Source: the human T2T-CHM13v2.0 reference genome, Homo sapiens. From it: a DNA stretch of 64,000 nt. The notes beneath the pieces were generated by a model. That model was not told the DNA's origin. It saw nothing but the letters and a program-made list of their open reading frames with translations, and searched no databases. A program made the position numbers and the translations under genes. Positions within the stretch are counted from its first letter, which is position 1, and each line of letters opens with the position of its first letter. The DNA lies in assembly GCF_009914755.1 (NCBI RefSeq), contig NC_060931.1. One strand, 5' to 3'. Shown here one piece after another: positions 1-11,518 of the stretch.

Positions 1-855
1 TTGGAAGAGAAAGGGAATGAGATGAGATTTGTAGATGAGATTTTTATTATTTTGTCATTGTTTTATTTTATTATTTTTGTTATTAATGTTACTCAATATG
101 TGGTTGCTTATAATTTATTTCACCAAGAAATTTAGAAATGGGAGATATTCCTTAAAACAGATTTCAATTTTTTTTAGCGCAACTTCTAGAATCCCAAACA
201 TACTTTCCTAGGTGATAAATACATGGCTGAAAAGCCAAGTTCATATTGAAAGTGTAGGTACAACTTAATGACAGCAATGTTAATCGTCCTTTTCGGTGTG
301 CATGCATTTTTTAAGTCTCCTACATGTGAGGTATAATGCCTGGCAGCCACAAATAAACCTTGACCAAAGAGAGGATATTATTGATCACAATTTTTAAGTG
401 GCTTATTCAAGATAGTGCTACATTTACGTTCACTTTTATCAAGTGGAAGCATCTCGGAGCTACCATCTATTTTATGTTTATATTTGTAGACAATGGGTGC
501 CAAGTTCATTATTCTACAAAGCTATGAGCATGCCTTTGTGAATTAATATTAACAGATAAAGTAGAGATCCGAGGCACTTACATGAGTAAATAAGAAGAAA
601 ACCCCACACCATCCACAATATCCTGATATTGAGGGGGGAAAGAGTATTTTATAGACCGAAATTGACCAAATAATCAATGAACTCAATCAAATTAATTCAA
701 TCATGGCCCAAAACTTCATTGCCTCCTTGCCACCCTGAGCTGACATCATCCACCTGCAGCTGACCAACATGTGTACTGTATGCTTCCATACCTCCTGCTC
801 AGTGGGCATCAGGCAGGTAGATGTGCTCTGCTCAACAGTATCCCATGAACAGTAA

Positions 856-942
856 TTGAGTAGGAGATGGTGGGGAGAGCAGGGATTCATGACTGAAGGT
901 CAATTTATTTTCAGATATTCTTTTTAGATTGAGCAACACAGA
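856..942 (+). repeat. Local direct repeat A, copy 1
   Basis: ttgagtagg...gagcagggattcatgactgaaggtcaatttattttcagat...tttttagattgagcaacacaga, closely similar to 2182-2266. Confidence 0.9.
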
Positions 943-1099
943 CTTCTTTTGGAAAATCTGATGGTAGATGAGTCAGCTTATTCTGATTGCATTTCAGGTG
1001 GAAGCCACAAATCCTACCACATAATTCTGCCCAATGTGCGCCTCATATTCACATTCTCAATTGGATGTAAACCTGAGCTTGTGAAGGTTACAATAGTTA

Positions 1100-1300
1100 A
1101 ATGTATTAAGTCCTTATTATGTGCTGGGTATTGTTCTGTTTCCCATCTATTACTGTATTTAATCCTCATAGTAACACAAATAATGTACTCTTCTTATCCC
1201 CATCTTATAACGAGGTTGCTGGAGCTCAGCTGGGTTATGTAATCTACCTAGGGTCACACAGTCAGTGTGGAGTAAGGATTCTCACCTGGCTTCGGTTCCC
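1100..1300 (-). mobile_element. MIR fragment
   Basis: tatttaatcctcatagtaac...tatccccatcttata...gggtcacacagtcagt resembles antisense MIR core. Confidence 0.5.
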
Positions 1301-1561
1301 ATCACCTAAGGGTGTGGTCTAGCCTTTTAATAAGGTTCAGCTCTTGAGTTAAAACCTAAGCTCTGCAGAAAGCCCCTGGGAAATGTGAGGGCCAAATTAA
1401 AGGTAAGCTACAAACTTTCAGGTGAACCACATTAAATAATATTCTTAATGTCATTTAGACATAATGGAAGAGTTTGCCAGTTTTGTTGTTGAAAGTGCAC
1501 AGGGCTGTGGGTTTGTATCCTCTGGTCTTCTCAACATGGTTTTAATACATATCTCTTTTAG

Positions 1562-1670
1562 AATGAAGTGTCTATGTTGAAAAATGAGGTGGCCCAGCTG
1601 AAACAGTTGTTGTTAACACATAAAGACTGCCCAATAACAGCCATGCAGAAAGAATCACAAGGATATCTAA
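1562..1670 (+). CDS. CREB5: CREB5 penultimate coding exon (end of bZIP leucine zipper)
   Basis: Acceptor ctcttttag (AG 1560-1561), donor gtaagt at 1671. Translates NEVSMLKNEVAQLKQLLLTHKDCPITAMQKESQGYL plus 1 nt; heptad L...L...H and HKDCP are typical of the ATF2/ATF7/CREB5 family. Phase 1 matches the next exon. Confidence 0.96.
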
Positions 1671-2181
1671 GTAAGTCGCCGACTTTTTCACTTTTCTTTA
1701 GTGTCCAATATTTTTTGCCACTAAGTTTGCACTGAATTTGATTGAAAGAGCAAAAGTAAAGTGTAGATTGTACTTCCAGGCAGATATACAAGAATTCTTG
1801 AGTGGCTTCCAGACTATTCTTCCAAGGGGATCCCTTTTTTCTGACCCCTGTGCAACACCATGCCCACCACCTCCTGATAATTTCTGGCCACTCCTTCCCT
1901 AGCATTTCAAAGTATCAAAAGAAATACCAAATTCCAATTTTGCAGCCAGTAAGAAAAGAGCCAGCTGAAGCCCAAGTACCAGTGGCCTAGCAGTCGCCTT
2001 CAGAAATCTGTGGTCTGGGAACCAGGCCTTGGGTGAATCATATCCAGTGCCTCCAGAAACACTGCATGTTACTCACTGGGCTGAAAAGCTAGTGACTGGC
2101 CTCAGTTTACCAATATGTAAAATGATCCCTTCCTTCAGACCCCAGTTTCTGCATCTGGAATGCCAGTTGGTTAAATGATAG

Positions 2182-2266
2182 TTGAGTAGGGATGGTGGGA
2201 GGAGCAGGGATTCATGGCTGAAGGTCAATTTATTTTCAAATAATTTTTTAGATTGAGCAACACAGA
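2182..2266 (+). repeat. Local direct repeat A, copy 2
   Basis: ttgagtagg...gagcagggattcatggctgaaggtcaatttattttcaaat...tttttagattgagcaacacaga. Confidence 0.9.
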
Positions 2267-2606
2267 TTCTCCCACCACATGTGAGTATTTTTCCACATTT
2301 GATATACGGATGGCTATTTAAAAAGACAAAATGGGGAAGTTCACATATCCATGACTGAAACACATCAAATCATTTTACTGATACAGAAAGCATGGCTTTG
2401 CTCGTAGATATAAACTGGAAAGGCATAGCATTGTGACAACAGTTGAAAATAAAGTTTTGAAATTAACTTTCAGAAGAAAATGTGTGAAACTTCTATTTCA
2501 AGTAAATATCTAGTACAGTTTCTCTGAGGAGTCCACAAGTCCATACAAAAAAGACCTATATTGGTGTGTGTGTATGTGTGTGTGTTGTCTTTTTTTTTCT
2601 CCCTAG

Positions 2607-2770
2607 GTCCAGAGAGTAGCCCTCCTGCTAGTCCTGTCCCAGCTTGCTCCCAGCAACAAGTCATCCAGCATAATACCATCACTACTTCCTCATCGGTCAG
2701 CGAGGTGGTAGGAAGCTCCACCCTCAGCCAGCTCACCACTCACAGAACAGACCTGAATCCGATTCTTTAA
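2607..2770 (+). CDS. CREB5: CREB5 terminal exon, coding part
   Basis: Polypyrimidine tract ending ccctag (AG 2605-2606). Split codon a|gt = Ser, then PESSPPASPVPACSQQQVIQHNTITTSSSVSEVVGSSTLSQLTTHRTDLNPIL-TAA, recognised as the CREB5 C-terminus. Confidence 0.95.
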
Positions 2771-4100
2771 AATGCACCATCAGACCTGGCCTCCAAGAAG
2801 AGCTGTAGCGTACCATGCGTCCTTTCTTTTAAGGGCATTTTTAGAATTAACTCAGACCTGGAAGACTCCTCAGTTCTTCAAAGACTGGCTTTCATTTTTA
2901 TAGTTATTATGGAAATGTTGTCTTTTATACTTAGTTATATAAGAAAAAAGGGAGTTATGCAATTAATATCTATCAGCTTGGGAAACGCTTTGGTGCTTTT
3001 CTCCAGTTTTCTGGTACCAGTTACTTGTTTATAAACTGAACCTTTTCTGTATATAGCCATGGTTTCATTCTTATCAGTCCAACCCTTTGCCTGAAACATT
3101 GAATCTTGTTAAACCACAGCTTTTAGCTAAAATGAGGTATACCTAGATGTCAAGTAAGACAGATCCAAGGTAACTGGGTAGGAAATCTTTTGACATCTTA
3201 ACTCATGTTGAGTTTGTGCTGTGGTGTCACCAGAATTCCAGATAAACACACAGCCTTTCCCATACCTTTTTTTTTCTTACTATAAAATATTATAAGATCC
3301 ATTGATGTCCAAATAATACCACCAAGCATCTCTTCACCTCTCCTCCTCTTGGTCCACTTGCTAATGCCCAGTTTTCTTCTCCATTTCCACTTTTTCTTAG
3401 GCTCCCTATTTACTATTCATTTTGACTTCCTTCTGTTTTATTTTTTTCCCTTTAGCATTGCATGTGAATAAGAAAATAATGTTTAAAGAAAAAAAAAAAA
3501 AAGCAAACCTCCAAAACGTGGACCTAACCATTGCTTCACTTACACTTCACCCACAGCTGGAGTTCATTCAACTCTTGCTTTTCACAAAATAGTAACCAGG
3601 AGATGTTTAATGTGCCTGATTTAATGTTTTTAATAATCACAGCAAATGAAAGGTGGTTTAGTTATAAGTGAAGCATGGTTGAATACCAGCTGGGGAGACA
3701 CTAGGGAAGGGAGCTTTGTAAGCCTTGATTGCGAAAGTCCAAATTTTGATGTGGGGCTATAACATGACACCCTTGGATTGCGACTGGTTTTATACGGCCT
3801 GCCTATAACGTTGAAAATCCATGTACTACATAATAATTCAGAAGGGCTCTATTCACTACACAGATTACATTGTTCAATCATCAGCTGCTAATAGCCTAAG
3901 ATTTATTTTTTTTTTTTTCTTAAGCCTATGGAACCGGCTTTGCTGTTCTGGGGGGTGAAAATAGACTAACTACTGGAGAAACAAAGAGAGAAAGAAAACC
4001 CAGTGTTTCCATAGGGGCACTTTTAGCCTTCCCACAACAGTTAAGCACTCTTTGACTGCTGAAGGAACCCCATGGATGAGGTGCAGGCTACTTCACTCTT

Positions 4101-4388
4101 TTTTTTTCTTTTTTGAGACAGAGTCTCACCTATTGCCCAGACTGAAGTGCAGTGGTGCGATCATGGATCACTGCAGCAGCATCCTCCGAGTTCAAGCTAT
4201 CCTTCCACCTCCGCCTCCTGAGTAGCTGGGACCACAGGTTCACATAACCATGCCTGGCTAATTTATTTTTACTTTTATTTTAAAATAAAAGATGAGGTCT
4301 GTCTTATGTTGCCCAGGCTGGTCTCAAACTATCCTACTTCTTCCTCCCAAAGTGTTGGGATTATAGGTGTGAGCCACTGCACCCAGCC
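4101..4388 (-). mobile_element. AluJ, antisense, inside the CREB5 3' UTR
   Basis: Poly-T, gagacagagtctc...gagccactgcacccagcc. TSD tacttcactctt at 4089-4100 and 4389-4400. Small deletion in the left arm. Confidence 0.93.
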
Positions 4389-4616
4389 TACTTCACTCTT
4401 CTGAATTATTCTGATTTATTTTCAACAACTTTTGTGAACTTGCCCGTGATACAAAGCAGATAGTCCCTGAACCACAGTCGTGCCTCCTTGAAACAAGCCA
4501 TTCTACTGTGCTAATGTTTTAATATCACATCTCACAAATAACAGGGGTGAATGTTTCTCTCTAGCAATCTAGGCAGGTGCTGGTGTTTCATCTCCATTTG
4601 AATGCTTGACCTCTTA

Positions 4617-4617
<1 letters not shown>

Positions 4618-4650
<33 letters not shown>
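4618..4650 (+). repeat. (TG)16 microsatellite in the 3' UTR
   Basis: Perfect dinucleotide run. Confidence 0.97.
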
Positions 4651-4651
<1 letters not shown>

Positions 4652-7600
4652 CATGGGTTTTAAAAGAACAGTATTTTACAAAAGGTGTAGCTTTTATAAG
4701 AGTGCAGAAAAGGGAAGGATGTGTTTTTTTCTCTCACTATAGTATAAGAATCTATTTTGGAGAAAAAAAGAAAATATGAGGGTCTCGAAGCATGATTTTT
4801 ATATAACTAGTTTCAGTTTTATCTAATAACTTACTTTTTAAATCAATATTTATCAACAATCTTTCCTTGTATGCAGTGCTTTCAAAAGATGGTTTTGAGT
4901 GTCCAGTGAAACTTATGACTTGGATATATGGTTGAAGAATCAAAACAAAAGCAAAAAAAAAAAGCAAAAAAAGAAAAGAGAAAAAAAGAAAAAATGCAAA
5001 TGGAATAATTTTCTATTATATTTTAGACAAACATATCATTTTCGAGTATTTTAAATACTGAATTCATAGTTGTTGTTTTTTAAATTCCAACAGTAACAGC
5101 TGAATGGTTTAATCTGACTGGCTTCCTAAGAAATGTTTAAGACTCAGCTTTAAAAAGAAGTTAACATTCATATCTCTGTTTTGAAATCAAAAATCATATT
5201 TCAAAATTCTTTCCTAGGACCATCTATGTGTCTCCCCTCCCCTCCACAAAAAGGAGAAAGAGTGCATTAAAATGTTTAGTTGGGTTTTTTAATTTTTAAT
5301 TTTTATGTTATGTTTTGCTTTGTTTTAAGTAAACAAAAATTTTTCTTTCTTTACTGCATGCATAGCACTTAATAAAATGGATTTTTAAAAAATCCACTAG
5401 TAATATCAGAATGTCCAGGGAGTGACTGTCACTACAATGATGGTTTAGTTTACTTCTGTTCCACCTTTTGATTGAAATATTTAGTTGTTAGGCTGAAAGC
5501 CTCGGCAGTTAAGAACTTGCCTGAGTTTTCTTCGTTCAGCAACTTGACAGTTTGACTGATGTGCATTATATATAGCTCAATTATGTCTGTTTTTTATGCT
5601 AAGTAGGAAAACCAACCACACACATTAGCAAACCGGCCTCAACATATAATTAGAATAAACTGTCTTCTTGTTCTACTCAGGGCCTTTAGGTGTGTTCATT
5701 CACGGTATGGAAATACAGTAAATGAAAGATTCCAACTAGTTGTCAGTGCTTCTTGAAATTCCAAACAGAAAGATACATTGGTCAAATCCAACACTTGGCT
5801 TATCAATATTAAGTCTTTTACCTAAAGGCCCAGCCGTCACCAGACAACAGAATAATCAATCTGCCTGAAAATCCCTCCTCCTTGTCCTACACTTTTTGCC
5901 TGTTTGGGAGAATATCTTTGTACTCCATTCTCCTCCCTCAGCCAGTTACTGGGTCACCCATCCATGTGTTCATGAATCAATCATCACGGCCTGCAGAGCA
6001 CCTGTCCTAAGGAGGGAAAATCCTGTCACACTGCCTCTCCCCATTCGTGTGTGGTTTTCTTGATCGGTGAGATCTGTCTCTGAAGTCACTGCCAGCCTCC
6101 CTGGGAACGTCTATAGTGCCTCCCCTGCCTTATGTGATGGGAGTTAACAACTCAGATAAGTACACCTGAGAGCATTTCTATCAGGTAAACTGTCACTTAA
6201 ATGGAGGTGTCCACATCTTAATTGTTTCTCCTTGACACATTTCTCAATCCACGAAGCCAGGAGAGGTAGAGTGAAAATCCCAGCCATGGATGAATGTACT
6301 AATTTGAAAGCCAAGTGTTAAGTCGGATGTTTTCCCGTTACACTACTACTCAGCCCTCTCCTGCGGCCACATCAACGGATGCAAGTCACAGTCTTAACAC
6401 AGCCTGTGGGAGACAAGCAGTTTGTGTGCTCACAGTATATATTATAGTAATTAGGGTGACTTAGAGCAAATACTCTTCAGATCCTATGTAGTCAGTGAAA
6501 CAAAATGGAGAGCGTATTCTGATAGAAGGACGTCGACGGTGAATGTTCTGGTGGTTGTTGCCTGTTAAGTAAACTTTAGTGTGTAAGTTGAGTTTGTCAT
6601 TAAAATCATAAACCAGCTGCGGTAACAGACAAGCCTTTGGCTGGGGAGTTTTAAGCCTCGGTAACTGCTATAAAACTAGCCATCCAGTTAGGATAGAATG
6701 TGTTTCTTTCTGGTTAAAAAAAGGAAAAACCATCTAAGAAAATATATATGTATGTATGTGTGTATACAGTGGAATTCAAAGGACCAAAGCAAAATTTGAA
6801 CAGGAATCTATTAATTTAGAATTTTATAAGATATTTATTAATAAATGTTATTTTTAAACATTCCATTTGAACAGTATTCTGTAGGATCTACTTGTTTTTA
6901 AAGTGTTAGTCCATAATAAACTACTATAGTTATGTGTATTTTCATTTTTCAGGGTTTCAAATGGCTATTCTCCATCATTTGGTGGAAATGTTTGCTTAGA
7001 TCTCTGTGCATAGACATTTCAAGGATTTTTATTGCTCTGTGAGTTATTTTTTAATCAACATTCTGAACAGTTTTTTTTAAACATTTATTTCTGTGTGTTC
7101 ATTTTTAAAGTAAGCTCTTTCATTTAGGAAGCAGAGTTCAGCTAAAGGGAATCAGTAACTCTAACTGGAACAGCTTTCTTGTAGAAGTGTAAAAACAGCT
7201 TCATCTCTGCCTCTCTCCACCCCACCCCAATTTCCTAGAAAGCCTTGCACTATTCAGCTCCCTTAGTGCTTTTTGTCCCTTCCCGAACAATATGCAGTAG
7301 CTTTAAGCCATTCAAGCTCCATTATGCAGTATATCTGAGAAGGGAAAGGAAACAACCCATTTAAATTTGAATAAAACCGTGCCTATGCGAACAGTAGCAA
7401 TTTAGAATCTCTTTTCTGCTTTTAAAATAATTTATATTTAAAAATTGCACTTTAGCTTTTTGATCCCTTTGTATTTCTCTTATTCTCTTTCTAACCTCTT
7501 CTCTGTCCTCAAACTTGCCTTTGCTCTCCTTTACAATACCCCCCACCCCTCCTCCAAGGCTCTGAGCGGCATCATTTAAAATACTTTACAGATATTTGCA

Positions 7601-9361
7601 CCAGGTACATTTATGTGCGTCCATTGGTAGCACAGCTGAGACCTGTGTCTCACATCAGCCTAGGTGAAGCCTACTACAAGAATGCCAAGGAGAAGAGCCA
7701 GTACACTATATGGTTTATACTCTTTATCCCTTTATTCATAGCATGTTTTTTAAAAATGTTATATTATGCAACAGATGTGAGGCAGCAGCTAAGCTATACT
7801 TAAGAATTTTCTCTCACCTTCCAAACCAAAGTGTCCTGAATAAGCCAGGAGACTTATTCTTTTGTGCACCCTGGTGCACATCTGACTGTTGTCCTAGCCA
7901 TAGACTCTCTGAGGCCACTGAAAGAACAGTGGCCCTATCGATTTCATTCCTAGGTCTCAAAAATACAATGTTGCCTTGTAACATAATTAGGGACAGCACC
8001 TCTATTTCACAATTATAATCTAAGGTAGGATAAGACGACACAGCAGCAATAAACTTACAAGTAAAATTCAATACCAAAACAAACACAAAGAAATTTAAAA
8101 AACAAAAAACCTAGCTCATCATGTTGTGAAAATGAAAAAGTGAATGTCCATTCAAAATATTTTACTATTTCTTGTGGAGTTTTTCAGTGATGTAATGCTT
8201 GTAGCCAAATTGCTTAAAGAGTGTTTATATATTTTTTTCCTTATAAATTGTCTATTTTTTAAAAAAGCTATTTAACCACAGCTGAAGTGGGGGGTAAGGC
8301 CAAATTGCCAACACTTGTTAAAAGATTAATACTCTTAAGTGGCACTCTGATACCTTTCCAACTTGTCATCAGAAAGGAATCAATAATTACCAACTGTTGT
8401 ATTTAGACCAACTTACAATATCTAGCTCATTAGAAGCCAGGATCTAGAAAGCTCCTTCTAAGCCATTTAAGATATTCTTACATTGAGCTTCATATTATAG
8501 AACTTTATAGGATTGGATATTTTACAATAGAATAATTTAGCCTCAGGACTGAGAATGTGGAAGCTGAATAAATTAGCTTTAAATACATCATTAAAATCTT
8601 ATGCACAATAAGCTCATTAGATTCTAGTTTTCTCCTTTAGAATACCAATGCCACAGACACTACAGGAGATAATGAAAGGTATCAGTTGTGTTGAGTGGAG
8701 GGAGTTTAAGAGAAAGGACCCTTTCCAACCAGCAGCCAGTAGAAAATACAACCTACTCACCTTTTTCCCTTCTAAGTTCTGCTAAATCACATCTGCCTCA
8801 TAGAGAAAGGAATGTTGCCTTTGAGAACTGTCTTGGAGAACAGATAAGCTTGAAATGTTCTCTCTAGAGAGGACATAGGGTTTGGGATCCTCTGAAAAGG
8901 CCCAGAAAAATAGCTCAGTTCAAATACAATGTTCTAGGACAATTGGAATATAAATATTGTCCAAAAATATAATTAAAAGAAAAAAGTTTAGCACTGTGTA
9001 AAGTAAGTGTTAACTGAGGAAGTCCCAAAAAGGTGCTGTCACTTTAAGTTCTGGACTTGGGGTTCTTTGTATTTGTAAACAGCAAAGCATTTGTGTTTGT
9101 TTGTCTATTTGTAAAGCAACCACCTTCCTTATTGGAAGGAGAAAAAAAGGGGTACATACATGTAAATACTTGCTGCAGCATTTAATATGTTTAATTTTGT
9201 GTTAAGCTTTTTGTTGCATCGTGAACACATTTATTGTTACCAATGGACAATGAGTTCATTAAGACTGTTCAACTAGGTCAGATTTTTACATCTCTTTCTA
9301 GCAAGAAGAGACAAGATTTTGTGCATTTGTACAAATGTTAATATCACTGCAATTCCAATAT

Positions 9362-9367
9362 AATAAA
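9362..9367 (+). terminator. Distal polyadenylation signal of CREB5
   Basis: AATAAA with upstream TGTA motifs (e.g. 9161, 9328), followed by tgtcacctttgtatg and ttggggttggggg. Confidence 0.75.
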
Positions 9368-9451
9368 GCACTCAAATGCAAATAATATATGTCACCTTTG
9401 TATGATGAAATTTGGGGTTGGGGGTAATGACATCTATTCCTCACATAGTCT

Positions 9452-9996
9452 TGTCAGAGGCATGTGAACCAGAGCAACTCCATCTTGAATAGGAGCTGGG
9501 TAAAATAAGGCTGAGACCTACTGGGCTGCATTCCCAGAAGGTTAAGGCATTCTAAGTCAGTGGATGAGATAGGTTGGCCCAAGATACAGGTCATAAAGAC
9601 CTTTCTGATAAAACGGTTTGCAGTAATGAAGCCAGCTAAATCCCACCAAAACCAAGATGGTGACAAGAGTGACCTCTGGTCGTCCTCACTGCTACACTCC
9701 CACCAGCGCCATGACAGTTTACGAATGCCATGGCAACGACAGGAAGTTACCCTATATGGTCTAAAAAGGGGAGGCATGAATAATCCACCCCTTGTTTAGC
9801 ATATCATCAAGAAATAACCACAAAAACGGGCAACCAGCAGCCCTCGGGGCTGCTCTGTCTATGGAGTAGCCATTCTTTCTTTCCTTTACTTTCTTAATAA
9901 ACTTGCTTTCACTTTACGGATTTGCCCTGAATTCTTTCTTGCAGGAGCTCAAGAACCCACTCTTGGGGTCTGGACCGGGACCCCTTTCCGATAACA
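9452..9996 (+). mobile_element. MER41A solo LTR (ERV1)
   Basis: Termini tgtcagaggc...ccctttccgataaca; 4-bp TSD gtct (9448-9451, 9997-10000). Junction aaaaaggggaggcatgaataatcc lacks the tandem-GAS block of MER41B. Confidence 0.9.
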
Positions 9997-10509
9997 GTCT
10001 CATTCATGACTTATAAACCAAGGCTTACCTTTTCAGGGTCACCATTATCTAGGGACAAAAGGAGATCAGATTTTCTCCTTCCCAGACCAGCACTACATTC
10101 CCACTGCCTCTTCCATCCAACTTCCCAACTGAGGTCACTAATCCAGCATATTCACAGTGGGTTGGCCATACAACTTAATTTCACTTTAAGTGAGTTTGGA
10201 ATTAGCAGATTTTAACAGTCAAGAAATAAAGGCAGCCTAAGGTCATGTTCCAGCCGTGTCTAGGAACCAAGAATCACGTGCTGGCTTCTCGGACAATCAA
10301 ATCCTGGGGTTCTTTGCTTGATCTCCAGAGGAGTCCCAAGGGTAGTCTTAGTCCTTTTATGTGTTCCTTTAGATATTGCCCTTCCTTTCTTCCTCCTCTT
10401 GCTTTTATTTCTTTTTCTTTTTTTAGTCATTCTCCTTTTCCTCTAACACTCGATATCTGATCCATCAGCAAGATCAGAATCCAACCATCATGTAGCACCA
10501 ATCTTAAAG

Positions 10510-11518
<1,009 letters not shown>

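Larger units (their letters stand above)
2771..9385 (+). other. CREB5: CREB5 long 3' UTR (~6.6 kb)
   Basis: AT-rich, repeat-poor sequence after the stop codon with many miRNA seed matches and Pumilio elements. Ends at AATAAA 9362-9367 with a U/G-rich downstream element; repeat density rises right after. Cleavage site approximate. Confidence 0.8.

Noticed and set aside
1558-1905. 115-aa minus-strand ORF
   Set aside because: Antisense shadow of the CREB5 exon.
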